The position numbers and the translations under genes were made by a program. Under the pieces are notes generated by a model. The model was not told the origin of the DNA, ran no database searches, and worked only from the letters and a program-made list of their open reading frames with translations. A stretch of 64,000 nucleotides of DNA from the NCBI GenBank assembly GCA_036172245.1, contig JAYWIR010000003.1, positions 6,882,001 to 6,946,000 on the forward strand, given 5' to 3'. This document shows, piece by piece, positions 36,900-51,266 of this stretch (position 1 is its first letter; each line of letters begins with the position of its first letter). The stretch comes from Raillietiella orientalis (taxonomy: Eukaryota).

Positions 36900-38050
36900 T
36901 CGAATCGATCGGCATCCATGTTTGCGAAGAGCGCGCGCCCTTCCGTTTCGAAGCGAACGCTGATTTCCATCATTTTCCGATAGTTTCGGGAGTCCCGAGT
37001 GTTCCCGGGTTTCACCTCTGGCCACTTACAGAAATGCAAATGGACGGTGTTTCCCCCCGTGCTGGCAGCGAACGAATAAGCGAGCTTCCCCGTGCCGCGG
37101 AAACGGGAAAAGCCCATGGAACTTTCTCGAGAAAATCGATCTTTCCCGCCTCTCGGTACGTCTCATGTTTTTGCTGAATTTTGATGCGGTCACGGATCCC
37201 CCCCCCCCTCTCACGTGAGCCGGCGCCCACTTCCGAGCATGCACCTCGACTTTCGAGAAACCACACGACCACCAACCCCCCCTTCCCCCCGGTTCTGCGC
37301 GTCTACCCATGATTCTATGGAAACGCCTGCAGCATCTGGCGACGGATCCGGTGACGTCGGGTTTGCCCGTTACTATGGCGTGGCTGATTCCGCTCGCTCA
37401 TCTGCGAGCGGCACTCCCGATTTCTCCTCGGGATGCCGTCCACTTGAGCGTCCCATTAAAGCTGCTCCTACGGGAGTGACTCCTCGAAACGCAATCAGAA
37501 CCCATCCTCGAAAGAGTTGGAGGAAAGAAGGGAAAAAAAGAAAAGAAGAGCCACACGGGGTTTCCGCCTCCCCCCTCAATTTTCCTATGAAAATGGAGAG
37601 AGAGGGAAAGAGAGCAGTTTGCTGAAAAGGAAGGGGAAGGGACCAATAAACCCGAAGACGATTCTGATAATCATGCGTTAAGTGTTGAGAGTCTTGAACT
37701 CGGAGGAAATGCCTTTGTGTTTCCCTTTGTTTTCGGCTCTCAGAACGACACCGAGTCGGAGCCCGCGTTCGAACGGCTATCTGGGAATGAAGCTGAAGTT
37801 TATCCGGAATTTATCTCCACCAAAGTTAAACCCCGTAACTTTCAGGGTTGCCATTAGACACCGACTCTTTTTGCATACGGAACATCTGCACATTGAAAAA
37901 CCTGGAAAGCGATAACAGATGCTGCGCGCCGCCTGAATTAACGATCCTCATTGAGAATTGGGCTCTGCGTCGGGGCGAAAGAATATTTTTGGACCAATAC
38001 AGTGTACGCGATAACAGGATCTTGTACACGTTGACGAGCGAGGTTATGTT
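36900..38050 (+). mobile_element. Possible decayed CR1/jockey-like RT remnant
   Basis: FPIVSGVP (SGVPQG) near 36980 and GYLGMKL (KYLGV) near 37780. Confidence 0.22.
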
Positions 38051-39799
38051 GTCGAAGGAGTCTTCGGGAGCATTCGTTTCTCACTTTCCGGAAGGGAAAA
38101 AAAAAAAAAAGTTGTTGCCTTTTTTCGAAAGGAAGAGTTTATAACTTGATAGACGAAAAGGAAGGAAGGGTGGGAAAAAAAGGGGGGTGGGGTGGGGTGG
38201 GGTGGGAGGGGGGGGGAGGTTCACCAGCCAAAGGGAGATAATTTTTCAGCGAAACTTTGCTCGCACACTCGTCTGCACGGAACGCCTGGTCCTTTCCTCT
38301 TGAAAGATCGCAGCAGCAGTTGGGATGCGAAAGCGTACGCAGTGCCGCGCCTCTGTGACTTTCCACACGGCACTCTCGCGCGTGCGATTCCGCGCGTAAT
38401 GACCGAACCATTGCTTATTTATTTTTCGGCTCTCTCATGCCCAATTGAGCGGTTCGTTTCTTTATCCTATACGTCGATAATTCGTATTCGTCCAACATCC
38501 CGGTACATTGTGGTGCACCGCGGTTTCCGCACCCAGGTGAAGGCGAACGCCCCGTGCGGCGGCGGTGGAGCCATCGTCGCTCGCGAGCTCCGCGCGATAG
38601 TTAGAAAGCTGATTTATTTAGATTCCATTTTAGAAAGCTGCTCGTTCGGCCGAGAGAAGAGCACACGTACGTCTCGGTCGGTGCGAAGTTGCTGTGCCTC
38701 CGGGAGGCTGCGCCGGCCCGCGACTATGGAAATTTGGAAAAGACGTTTCCACCCTTCGGGAATGGTTCTCCGAATTCTCCTCCTTCTTTACCCATCTTCT
38801 TTTTATCTTCGCACGCTGCACTTACCGATTGCATTGGTGCGAACACGGAAACGGAATGTTCGCGTTAAACTCCCGGCTGAAGCCGCCAGAGTGAGGCTTT
38901 CCCATTTTTCGAGGAGGAAGCTTTCCTTCTGAGGACGCCTGTGATGAAGGGCAAGAAATGAAGGGGGGTGGGCAGTATGATCTGACGAACGGACCCTCCC
39001 CTTCCCCTCAAAAAAAGAAAAGAAAGAAAGAAAAATCTGCAAATCGTGCAAGTTGCAGAGTGAAACGAAACGGATAGCCTTCAGGAATTCAAATGGAAAG
39101 GGAGACGGTGGAATTCAGCAGGCTCTCCGAAGTATCAGATTGTCAACTTTTAAAGTGTTTCGTTTACATTTTCGTCAGGATGGGAGCTGCCATGGAAACC
39201 GCAGATAAGACAGCAGAGCGTGTTCTCATAAAGAGCGTGGAGGAGATGGTGGATCATCGCTTTCGTGCGTAATCGAGAAAGCGACAGTCTTCGACTTGTA
39301 GGTGCGTGCGCGCTCCCTCGGTAACCAACGCACTGCTCTCGACAGAGCACGTCTCAGATTACCGCTCTTTCTGGGTTATGGAATCTGCACGCCCTGCAGC
39401 ACCCGAAAGCGACGCTGCAGCGTGACGACCAGGGCGGCGGCACTTTGTAGAGTGGACGCGAGATGGTGGTGCGAGCGCTGTTCTGCGCGTGTGTTCTGCC
39501 TTGCCGTGCGCTGGGGTTGCGGCGAATCGTGAGAACCGCGCGTCTCCGCGGGCTCCACACGCACGCAGGCCGAGGAGGAGGAGGAGGGCGACGAGAGTTC
39601 CGAGACCTCTTCGGCGAGCGCCGTGGGTGCGAGGGGGAGCAAACCCGAGAGAAGCTTTGCGCTGGAGCTCCGGCTGAAGGCAACGGTGGTAGTGTTTGCG
39701 CAGAGCAACACTACGCCGCGGTTCACTGCACGACCGCCTGCCTGCCTGCTGTCTGTCGCGCGAAATCGCCGATCGTTCCCTTCCCCTCGCCGTAGCGAG

Positions 39800-41200
39800 C
39801 TGCTTTCGTGAGGTTGAGCCCGTGTTGACAACAAGATGTCTTTCCCTTCCGGCGCGCAAGAAGAGCTCCTCCTCCTCCTCCACGGTGTGAATCCGATGGA
39901 CCACTCCGGTTTCGTTCACAGGCGGCCGGGGTACAACACGGTTCAGGGCGCTACCGTCATCCTCGCATACCCACTTCGTGTGTTTGCTTACCCGGAGGGA
40001 TCCCTTCGGACGGGTAGCACGCGAACTTTTGCGACGGTTCCCACGGGTTGTGCATGACCCGTCGCCTGTGCTGCTGCTAATTTTGCTCTCCTTGTCTCTC
40101 GCCCTCGAACGAAGTGTCAATCCAATTGGCTGCCCACACCCAGCGCCCCAGCCTCCTCATTGACCTCCTCTCCCCAGAAGGAGAACTCTTTCCGTCGGCA
40201 CTCCTTGTTTTCGCACGCACGCGGCCTTCAGTTTGGCACGCCCGCAGGGACATCGGTGCCTGCTGAAGTGAACACACAGAATGGTGCTCGCTCTTTCACT
40301 CTTGTCGCCACTGTTTCCTGTGCTACCTGTGGTCTCTACGGGTTCGCTGTTCGTTGCCTACCTCCCTCCTCCCCCGTCGAACTGCTCAACTCGTAACGTT
40401 GACTTCCTTCTTCCCAAGCACCTCTCTTGTCCTACAAAGTTCTGCTGCTGCTGATGCTTTTCGTCCGGTCCTGCATGCAGAAGGTGGCGGCGGACGGGGG
40501 TCTGAAAATGCGCGCGCGCAGCTACCAGGTCTCTCACTGGCGAAAGGGAAAGCGGTTTTCCCGCCCGTCGCGCTCCCAGGATCGTCTCGGAAGGCGGAGG
40601 GGAGGAGCGGGGGAGGGGTGCGACCGCACGCAACAAGGACGGCCGGTTGGGACTGAAGGGAAAGGACGCACGCGAGGGCAGTCAGTCTCGTTTGCTGCTG
40701 AAAGAATGCAACAGGAGTGTGCGGCCGCGGGGGACGGCCAATTCGGACACCTGGGACCGTCGGTACTTTCCTCCTCCTCTTCCTCCTCCTGAGTTCGCTT
40801 CTCTTTCAAGGCGGTCGCCCGCGCGCAGTCGAGGACCTCCGGGGGCGAACTTTCCAAAACGGTGGAGCTGCTGTGCGTCCTCCAGCATCCTTGCGTTCTT
40901 CCGGAGCCGCCCAAGAGTCGCCGGCGTCCGCATCGCAGGAAAAGGTGCCTCCTTTCTTCGTGGGGATGGTGGCCACGAGAGCTATCGTTTCTTCTGGGCA
41001 GCCGACGCAGGGCTGCCAAGTGCAAACGGAGAGTGCGTCTCCGGGAGGCGGTGACTGATGTCCCGCGCACGATCCACGCCGCTCTTTTCGAAGGTAACGG
41101 GACACCTGGGAAGAGCATCCGAGCACATGGAAACGAAAAGACCGGAGGGGATCTTCCTTCCTGAGAGGGGGACTTTTCCCGGGAGAAAGAAGGGCTCGCA
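39800..41200 (+). mobile_element. Degenerate L1-like RT
   Basis: VNPMDHSGFVHRRPGYNTV (IHPDQxGFVPGRxIxDN), RTFATVP (KAFDxV), VAADGGLKMRARS (ASGLKINxxKS), EKTGGD (GGLG). Confidence 0.5.
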
Positions 41201-42379
41201 CACCTGGCGGAGGCAGCGGCTCTGGGCAGGAGCCCTGCTTGCCCGATGCCTCCTCCTCCCGGAGGTTATGTGCGATGAGGACGTCGCGGTATCCTTCGGA
41301 ACTTTGCGGCAGCAACACCCCCGGGCTCTTCGCGAGGTTTCTGCCAGCAGGGCAGAAGCCAGACACTGATCCCATCCTTGCGCCCTCATTTGCACGAGTC
41401 CACCCTGCCACTGGAGAGCGTGCGAAAGCATCCCTCAGATGCCCCCCCCTCTCGGCAAAGGGGTGCAGAGACCAGCATCCCACCACCACCCATCCTCTCC
41501 TGCATAAGCTGTTCTCGTCCATGGCCCAAGGGCGACATTAATCGCGGGCGCCACTAGGTTACGACGACTACTCTCAGAAGAAGCCCTACCTCCAGTGCGT
41601 GGCAGGGGAGCAGTTACCGCCCCGAGGCGACAGCGGTGTCTCTGGCACACGCGCATGCACGGGGAGTGGATCCGGGAAAGGGAGAGGGGAAGGAGGAGCG
41701 CTGCGAACCAGTTCGCGTGCTCCCCCTCCCTGCAACCAGTCTTCGGAGGCGACGGAGATTGTTCCGAGCGGTCGTGGCCCGGGGCCGTGGCAGTGTGCTC
41801 CCCCTCCATTGCCAAGCTGCGCATGCAAGGACGCGGACGCAGGCAGGGTGGCCTCCTACGGCCGCCGCCCCGTCGCTGCGGCGACCTGACGCGCTCCTCC
41901 CCGGAGAAGCGACCGCAGCCGAAGGTGCCATCGGCGGCACCCCCCCCCCTGTGGATCATCGTCCCGGCTCCGTAGGCGCGCTAGAGAAGGGAGAGGTGAT
42001 GTCTCTTCTCTCCGAGTCCCGGGAGAGAGGGGAAGGCGAACCGGCGCGGTTCCGGGGTGCTTCCCTCCAGCCGGAGTGTCCCCCTCCCCCCAGCTGCGGG
42101 ACCTGTCCCTCCCCTTCGTCTCCCCGCGCGCTCGTTGCTACCACTGGCTTCGTGCCGTCTGTCCATTTCGCGGGCGCGCGGCGGAGGGAGGAAGAGGGGT
42201 CAAGGAACGCGGAGACGGCGGCGTTGTCCCCTCCCTTACTCTCCCCTCCTCCTAGGTCGGCCGTCGCCCGCGGCCATCTCGCGCCGCTTTCGCACCTGGG
42301 AACTATCGCGTCGTCGTCCTTGCGACTGGGCTCCAGAAGAGTCTCAGAAAGGGCGCGGTGCCCTGCGCCGGGTCTCCGG

Positions 42380-43520
42380 CCGGGAGCGATGACCCTAGAC
42401 TCTCGCCGCCGCCCCTTCCCGGTCGGCGGGTACCGTGGCGGGGGCCACGTGTCCTGCCGACCGGGAAGCCCGCACGCGAGCACCTATGCCTGGGAGGTTG
42501 CCCTCATGTAGCGGAGAGGGTGCAGCGTAGTATTCCTTGCTCTCTTGCCGCTGATTCGCGGGTGCTTGTCGCGGCAGCAGCGGCGAAGAGAACCACGTCC
42601 GCCGCGTCACCTTTTCCCGCCCGTCAGCGCGTGCTTTCCTCTTCGTCCACGTCCCGCGTCCTTTTCGTCGGCAGCAGGATCCATCCCAGGAAGGGTTGGC
42701 CTCGGAGACGAGACATGGAACGTGAGGGGAGATATCTGACGAGCCGTAGCCCGACTTTAGAAGGGCAGCTGGTTGTAACAGAGGAGGAACATCGCGCCCT
42801 TCCTCCGGAGGCGGTGGCATCAGCTGAGGCGACGACAGAGGGGGCGGACGGGGAAGCGACGGGAGCCGCGCGCTCCCTCCCATCCGAGCTCGGGGGCCGT
42901 TCGGGAGGCGGGAAGGGAACCGCCTCTCGCGTGCGCCCCGCGCGCAGGGACACTGTTCCTCGCGCGTCGAGGTCGGCCGCGGCGACGGCAAAGGCCCGCC
43001 CTCGCGCCCTTCCGTCGCGTGCGAGAGCGCGCGCGGGATCGAGGCCTTCCGGTGTCTCGCGCTGCCTACCTGCAGGCGAGCGCCAGAGTGGCCTGTGAGG
43101 CGGCGGGGTCCCGTTGCCTCCTCGCCTACCTCCACGGCATGGCGGGACGGCAGAGGAGCACCCCGCGGGGCGCCTACGTCATTCCATCGCTCCGCGAGGC
43201 GGTGTGGCGGTCCTGGCGTTCCTTCGTCAATCGCCCATCTCTCCTCTGATGTGCTCTCCCTATCCACCCGAAGACGCAACTGGCGCTTTCCCGCCTTTTC
43301 TCTCGAAGCGAAGTGTACCCAGGCGAAGGGATGTGCCGGAGGAACGAAAGGGACCGGAGGGAGGTCTCCATGGGTCATCCGACTTGCTCTGGGAGCGATA
43401 CCCTGGTGCTCCGCGGTCGGGATGGTGGGCGCACGCAAGAAGCAATTCGAAGGGGTTGTCGTGTAGCGGGCAAGCGGAGTTATCGTGGTTCTGGGGGAAT
43501 GCCCCTCCCCATCCCTCTTC
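42380..43520 (+). mobile_element. Decayed L1/Tx1 APE-type endonuclease fragment
   Basis: RDMEREGRYL...LEGQLVV (DPEGRYL), TAWRDGRG...TSF...SSIAHLSSDVL (DxWR...FT...SRIDY), WFWGNA (YWKLN). Confidence 0.5.
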
Positions 43521-44699
43521 CCCCACTGCAGAGATCTCTGCCAGCAAAAGTTCCTTCCGTCCCGAAGTCGCCGAGACGAAACCGTGCGGCTCAGCTGAGG
43601 CGGAAGAGGAAGGAAGGGGAGGAGCAGCAGCGTCCCGATGACTACTACTTCGCTCCGGCGGCCGCATCGAATTCCTCGCGGAACTAACTCCTGTTCCGCG
43701 CTTCGGTCTGTGCCATTTTCCTACGCTGCCGGGCAGCACGGAGATCGCCTCAGGGGTGCCGAGACCGCCGGCGGCGACGACGACCTCCCAGGAAACATGA
43801 TGAAGGCTCTTCGTTGCCCGGTGTTCGCGCCCATGGCAGCAGGGTTCAGAAGAAAAAGGCAGACTCGCAGAAGAACGCCGGCGGCAGCGGCACGCGCGCC
43901 TTCCTCTCCGCGCGGTGCCGTCGTGGGTTCGAGGGCGGCTCTCATCCATCACCGTTACCGGGGAGCGGCCGGCTTCTGGAGAGCCTCCGGGCCGCCCGGA
44001 GGCCGCAGACTCGGGTGAAACCGCATGAACCCTGTCATCGGCAAAGGGAGAGAAGCCGGAACAGGGCGCGCAGCGCGACCTCGGGGAAGCTTTGGGAAAA
44101 GGAGCGGCTCCGGGCTGCCAACAGCGGACCACAAGATGAAATTGTCCAGCGGACCATGACGCTCACGAGTAGCATTTCGTGGACATAATGGAGGACCCGT
44201 GACCCGCCGCCCTGCGGAGTAACACGATCGAAATCATTTCTTTAAGTGGGGGACGCGCATGCCTCCGCGATTGCATTGGAGTGGAGCACGTCAGGAGAGA
44301 GGGTCCGCCGATCGCTACTCGGGACGGTGGGGGAGATTCACGAACCGACGCACGGGACAGCAGCAGTCGGGTGGTGGTCACGTGGCGCCCCACAGTCAGG
44401 AACTGTAGGGTGGACAGGGTGGGAGGGAGCTCAGAGCGCTTGGCATGGCATTTTACCAAACTCGCTCCATGGATCCAACATCAGCGTGCATAGACGCACA
44501 CCATGGAACCAAAGTATAACAAGGGCGGGGCGACCCAGAAGGCATCTCTTCCTCTTCTCTTCTACGCGACCCCAAACAACTGGTAGCAGTGGTGCTGTCA
44601 GTCCTGCGCGCGCTTCGACAGACCCGCGGAGCGGCGACGTCTCCCGAGGGAAGCCGAAGGAAAAGGATCAGCGAGAGAATTTCCTGTCCCTTCGTCGGT

Positions 44700-45150
44700 C
44701 TGAGCCGCCGGGTCGCCCGCCCCGATTGCTTCCGCAGTGTCCGCTGCAGCTCTAGAAGAACCCGCGAGTTCGCAGTCCCTTTGTTCGACGGGAAAAGGAG
44801 GCAGCTGCGTTATCCCCAGAGGAGGTCGCCGAGCGATCTCATGGAAGCGGTGATCCCTGCTCTTTCTCGTTCTACTCCCTCTTCTCCATCCCTCACGCAT
44901 CACCCAAACGGTTAATGGTTGACTGGGCCTCGAATATCTGAGCGGGCGCCCAAAGACGCATGCATCTCCTCGTCTGCCGCCACGATGGCTTCCGCAGAGT
45001 TGCACCACAGGGTACGCACCGGATGCAGACATCGACCTCAGAGTGGGTCGAATTCGGGAGCCTCCTGAGCGAAGATTGCCGAATTTAATCCGAGGGTCCG
45101 TGAGGAGCCGGCGCCACCGCTCGTTGCACTGTGGACTTCCTCTCAAGGAC
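44700..45150 (-). mobile_element. Possible LINE zinc-knuckle 3' fragment
   Basis: PVVQLCGSHRGG...ACVFGRP resembles CxLCG..ETxxHxFxxCP. Confidence 0.25.
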
Positions 45151-46689
45151 GCCGCAGCAGCTTCTGAAAGGCGTGACAAAGAGAAGAGAGGCTCTCTCCG
45201 CCCTTCTTTCGCTTCGGGGGATAGGGAGAAGATGGCGCGGTGGGAGCAGGGTATGCATCAATCCTGGGACCGTTCAGGACTCTTTTTTCCCTCTCCTTCT
45301 TCAGAGACGCTGCTGGTCGGAGGGACGCAGCCGCGGAGCTGTTCCAGGAAAGTCCGGAGTGGGAGGGGGGGGCGTGCAATGGGATCTTCGGGACGAGGAA
45401 GGCATATAAGGGGCGGAGTCTGAACCGCCCCCGTGCGTGAGCGGGCGGATGCGGTTCCATGCGCACGCGCACCTCGAAAAAGCCGTGCGAGCAGTTCCGC
45501 AGTCAAGTGTGCTGATGCGCGTGCCGTCACTCCGGGAGGTGGAGAAGGGGGCGTTGCATGCACAAGCTCGAACGGAGTAGCCGTGGCAGCGGGCGGGGCG
45601 CACGCTCATCCCCCGGCGGAGAGGGAAATTCATGAGGGGCAGAAGTGGACAGGCACGCCAAGCAGACGGATGTCTGTCACCTAAGGTCCAGGTGTTCCGT
45701 ACTGATCACGTGTCGGCACGGAACGGGACGCGCGTGCAACTCCTGCCTCCCTCTCTCGAGCGAAGTCCGAAAAACAAGATGACGGCAGGACCGTTCACAC
45801 CATGAGGGAAGGGCGCCGCAGACGTCCCATGGAAGTCGGCGCTTCCCGGAAGGCGATGCCCGCCGACCGTACGCGCAAGCGGGAGCTGTTCAGGGAGAAA
45901 GCAGTCGGCGGAACTACTCGTCCGGAGGAACGAGGGGCGACGATCGCTGGGGAAAATTCGGGACCGCTGGATGCAGCGCGCGATGCTCTGGCGGAGGAAA
46001 CACCAGCCCGGAACTGCTGATGGCACCGGGCGTGCGTTCTCGAATTCTATTTTAGGAATGCAAATGGGAATTCTCCGACTGGCAGCCCTCGTACCATCCG
46101 AAAAGTTTCGTGCAGTCGCTGCTGAAGTACCAAAAATATTCACGAGGAATGTCCTGCTGGTTCGCGCATGGCCGAGCTACTTAGCCTCCTGTCGCTGCCG
46201 TTGTTGCCGAGAGGTCTTGGCAAGACGGGGAGGCGCGGGTCGCTGCCGATGACCGGGAAAGGCTTGAACGAGAGAGGGAAGCAGGCGAGCGTTTCCCAGG
46301 ATTGGCGTCCCGGCGGAGGTCGAAGACCCGCGCGCAATGAGCAGATGGGGACGCCGGAATGACGAAGCCATGGCTGTGGGAGGAGCGGCTGCTTGACGTC
46401 CGCGTGGAAGTGCGAAGATTTTCACGCTTGCCCTGAAAACACATGCAGCCCGGAGCCGTTCGGGTCACGCGCTGACATGAGTGCACACATGGTGGGCGCG
46501 TGCGTTGGAGAGGAGGAGGCGCAGTGTTCGTCGCGGAGGACGCGAACGATGCCTCCTCCTCACTTCCCTTCCCCCCCTCCTCTTCCCCTGTGAGTTGCTT
46601 TGACGTGGGTGACGTTCCTCTGAAGGAGTAGCGTCCATGGTGATGTCCTGGAGAGGACGGAAGTAAGCTCGGAAAGGGGCAGAAGGCAG

Positions 46690-47200
46690 GAACATCTTTC
46701 CGCCGCGCATGGACAACTCCGGCGGGAAATGTCATGACGTCTGGGGTAGCAATGGACAAAGCGCAGGCGTCCGCTACTCTTGTCCGGTTGTGCAGGGGTG
46801 GCAAAAGGGAAGGAGGAAAGAAAGAGGAAGTGTGGGTGGAGTCGGGCACCCACCGCCAGAGGAGTTCCGAACCTTCAGCTCCCGGGAGCGGCGCTGCCGC
46901 ACCTTGCGTCATACGGGTGAAGAACAAAAAGGACTCACTGCTTGCACGGTCCACGGCAGCCTGCAGGAGTGAACGCGCTTGGAGATGACGGATGGGGTGT
47001 GTGTGGTCCGCGCAGGACGACGCGGGGATGGCGAGGGTGCAGGAAGACAGCATGAGAGAATGGGTGTTTCGAAGTTCTCGGAGGTGCCTCAGGACAGAAT
47101 GGTGGAGACGGGAGGACGAGGAAACGAGCAGAAACGACAACGCCAGCCCCAGAAACACGCGATTAACATGTAGAAAAGAACAGCCCGAGGGAACAAGCGG
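46690..47200 (+). mobile_element. Decayed LINE RT core (R1/jockey-like)
   Basis: MDNSGGKCHDVW (LDISxAFDxVW), SAQDDAGM (AYADD), NASPRNT (INPxKT). Confidence 0.3.
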
Positions 47201-50200
47201 AAAGCTCTGCCGACCCGATGGACGAAAGCGGACATTCCCCCCTTCCCCCGTCCGCATGCCATTTCCAAATCGGGCGAGGGAGGAGACGCACCCCCCGTGA
47301 CAGAGAGGAAGGTTGAAGATGAAGATGTCTGTCGTGAAAGGTGAATGTGATGGAAGTGCAAAAGAGAGAGAGCGTTCCCCTGAGCTGCCAGGGCACGGGC
47401 GCGCGAGGGGGAGGCGGGAAACGTGCCTGACCATCGCACGGTGCTGGCGAGAAACACTCCAATCAGCGGGAGCGGGGCGAAGGAGAACTGAGGGGATCGC
47501 TGCACCGAGCACTCGCCCGCAAAAAAAGGAGAAACGCGGCGGCACCCCAAGTGGCGGGAGCGCTCTCGGAGGACCGGGAGGATGGTCCGAAAGAGGGGGT
47601 ACGTGGATGCGCCTGCTAAAGGGGGAGAGAGACGCTCGAGATCGCGGGAAGAGTTCGAGAGGGGGAGGGGGGACAGGAAGAAGGGTCGGTCTATTCTGCG
47701 AGGAACACCCGAGTGCGGCTGTGGGTGTTTCTGTAAGCAAACTCTAGTGTACAGTTGCAGAAGAGACCTTTCATCTCATGGGCGCCACCGTGGGGATCGT
47801 AAAAACAACAGCGGGAAAGGGGGAGGGAGATGGCGGCAAAACAAATAAACAAAAAACAAGCGCAGAAGCAAGCGAAAAACGACGGGGCGTTTGAAAGAGC
47901 CTCGTCGCTTTGGAGACCGACGGAGGCTCTGCTTTGCCCTGCCTCCCTTTCTGCTGAGCGTGCCCGCATGTGGTAGCATCCCCTCCCCCCACTCCCTCTT
48001 CCGCTGGTTCAGACGACGTCCAACCACTGGAACGGCAGCCAAAAGCAGGAAGGACGCGACGGTTGCTTAGCCGAAGAGCGACTGTCTGTCCGCAAGGGAA
48101 AGAGGGGGCGAGCGGCAGGGGAGTCCGGGGTCAAGGGCGGTAAGAGGGGTGTGCGGTCGAATGCTGTTCCTATAGCGCTGCAGCAGCAGCACCCCTCAGG
48201 CTCAACACTGAGTGTGACAGCTTAGAAGAGCGCAGTCACGCGCGCTGGCGGGAGGGGAAGAAGCACCGGCGAATCAGCAGGAGGGGGAAGTTTCGAGCAG
48301 GCAGCGCAGGTCCTGCGTGGCGCGCTAGCAACTCTTTTGCGCAGTAGCGGATGGGGCGTGCTGGGTGGGTCAGGCGCGGGAGCCAGGGCACAGTAAGGTG
48401 CCTGGCCGCGGGGACGCGGTATGCAGCTGCGGGTAGGACGTGAGGACGGTGACGGGGGTCGGTTGTTCTTCTCCTCCCTCCCCCTCTCCCTTTTTTTTTT
48501 TTTTTTTTTTTCCTCTGTTGCGGTTTCCTCGGGGGGCGAGAAGGGGAGGAAGTCATGGGTCGCTGCCGCCCGCGGGTCACGTGACGAGCAGACGTGCTTT
48601 CTCTGCTACCCAGAGCGCGTGCTCGCGCGAACCGAGGCAGAGGGACAGGTGAGGGGCATCAGAAAGGGAACTCGTTTATGGGGGTGGGGGCAGAATGAGG
48701 AAGGAAAAGAACAGCCGCCACCACCACCACCAGCAGCCTCACCACCACCAGCGCTTTCGCCCGAGTCGTCGGAAGGCGCAGCGGTTTTTCTTTTTTAACG
48801 GGCGCACCCGCGGGAGGAAATGGAAAAATTCCTCAGTAATGAATGCAGACATTCGCAGGCAGGATGGAGGGGAGGAGGGGGAGAGGGAGGGAAAAAACGA
48901 AGAAAAAAAAAAAAAGATCGATCACGAGAGGAACGAAGGAACCTCAATTATCGCAAGTTGCTTGGAATTTTTTCGGAGGAGGAGAAAGGTCAAAGGCTGC
49001 GGTGATCATACTGCTCCGGGCGATGGTGATGACTGGCGAGAAGGGAGCAGAAGCAGAGGGGGTGGACGAGGAAGGAGGAGGGGGGGAGGAGGAGGGAACA
49101 CCCGCTGCTGTTTGTGCTGTTTGCCGCGCGGCGCCGCCACGGTCGTTTCCGAGTCGAAGTCGCTCAACGACAGAGATTGACGGAGCCGCCCGGAGGTTGC
49201 CGGAAGCGCGAGGCCAGCTCGTGAGGGTGTTTTCTGCCATCCGGCCGTGCTCGCCTTCCCCGCCTGCGGAATGACCCTTGAGGGCGGGTCACACTTTGCG
49301 CGTCGGGGAGTCTCTGTTGGGGGTTGCAGAGGTGTCCCTCTGCATCCCGCGCGAAAGAACCTCTCAGGACCACTCCGCAGCCGTCCGCTTGCAAACGCGT
49401 CCGGGACCCCAGTGGGCGGTGCGCATCTTGGTACTGTTCCTCCGACTCTAAACGGCTTCGAGCCAACTGACAGGGACCACCACCATCCCTGGGGAAGTGG
49501 GCTATCCCACCATCTTTTCATCGTTCGCCTCCTTCGTGGAAGGAAACGCCACGACCTGGCCGTACGACGTCTGTCTGGTTGCAGCGCCCGGGCAACTCCT
49601 CGCTTCCTCCTGGGATAGCAGAAAGAGGTAGCCGGTCCTCCCGCGGGTTCGGCTTCCTTTTTTCCCTCGAGTGGGCAGGGAGGGGGGCTTCTCCACGATG
49701 CCGGTTCCCACTTGATCCTGGGACGAAACGGGGAGGTGAGGGGCCATGATGGGCAAGTCCCAGACGTCCACACGAAGCCTGGAGAAGGAGGGAAAGGGGA
49801 GAGACAGGGTAGTTGCGGACTTTCAGTCCTCCGAGGTTTCTTCTCGACACGGAAGTGCCGCGCGACGATGTTGGCTGGCCCTTCCCGAGGTCGCGTTGTG
49901 GTCCGGCGGGTCTTTCGAAGGAGGTCTATCAAATCCGCCGCCAGTGGGATCCAGCCGTTCTGAGGAAGAATTTCGATCGATGCGGACCGCCGTTCCCCCC
50001 CCCATTCTTCATCGTACGGTCCCAGCGAATCCGATCTCGTCATCCCTTCACGGCGCCTATGCAGAGAAATTCCTCGCGGTGTTGCCTCTGCTTTTCTTCT
50101 TCTTCCTTTCTGCCTCCTCCCTCCATCCCTGCCCCCCTTCCTTTTTTCTTTTTTTCATTTTTGGATTGCATTTTCACGATCGATGCCTCCTGGACCGTTT

Positions 50201-51227
50201 CCACTTCGGATCGAGTTTGTCCGATGATCGGGAGATGCTGCGGAGGGCGAACACTTGCACGCATTGGTCTCCAGCAGGCACTCACCAAACTCACAGGAGT
50301 TTACAAACTGTTAAAAGTCCTCCGAATTAGCCATAAAATGCTTCAACGTGCGACCCGTCTCTTGTCTGCAGGCATCTCCGTTTCGATCCGCCGCGCCCCC
50401 CCTTATTGTACTTTGGTGTGTGTGTGTGTGTGTGTGTGTATGCGTTTTCAACAAACCAAACATTCGCTCGCTCCGGTTTCTTATCAGATGGAATGCGGTA
50501 ATCAGCTTAACGTCCCCCGGATGTTGAATGGCTTCATCCCTTTTCTGCGTTCTGCCGCATTCCGTGTGCCCTCCGTCGATCTCTCCGAGTGCCTCTAGCG
50601 GACTGCGGTCCGCACTGCGACTTCTTGAGGACGTTTCGGAAAAAGTTTGCCAAGTGTTGCTGCAGAACGTCCCCTTCCCCATCCTTCAGCCAGTGAGACA
50701 CTGATCCACTGCTTTATGTAATGAATTTGGCTCCTTACTAGGAGGCTGCGTGGCCTTGAACGTCTCTTAATCCTTGAACGACTTGGCAACCCTAACAACA
50801 GCCGTAACCTTCGTTCGGCCAGCGCCTGCGAGTCGACAAGACTAGGTTATGAAACGAAAGCAGAAAACGCCCCATTCCATTCGATTCGATGGCGCAGGAC
50901 GCAGTGGATTACTCCCGTCTCTTCTTTCCTTTTTTTTCCCCCTTTTCAACTTGAGGAAAGCATTCGCGCAGGAGGTCGAGCGCTCTCTCACGAGTCGCTC
51001 AATAGGTAGCGAGCTGACCAATGATCGCGCATTGCCCGCTCGGCCGCCGCTTCATTATGTTGGGAAAGATTTACCCATGCTAAGGAACCACCATTAGCGA
51101 TAGATTGGAAAGGAAACTCCTTGAAACAGACAGGTCTCGTGAAAAAAAAGAAAAAATGACACGAAGGAAATGTGTAACGCTGAATGGAAGGCATCTCGAA
51201 AAGATCCCAGGCCATTCCAAGCGAAAT

Positions 51228-51230
<3 letters not shown>

Positions 51231-51262
<32 letters not shown>
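51231..51262. repeat. (CT)16 microsatellite
   Basis: Direct reading. Confidence 0.95.

Positions 51263-51266
<4 letters not shown>

Noticed and set aside
46181..47740. 519-aa minus-strand ORF, and other long ORFs such as 7426-8688, 25725-26933, 33890-35116 and 53599-55196
   Set aside because: Arg/Pro/Ser/Gly-rich composition typical of GC-rich non-coding frames, overlapping ORFs on both strands, and no recognisable domain beyond LINE remnants.
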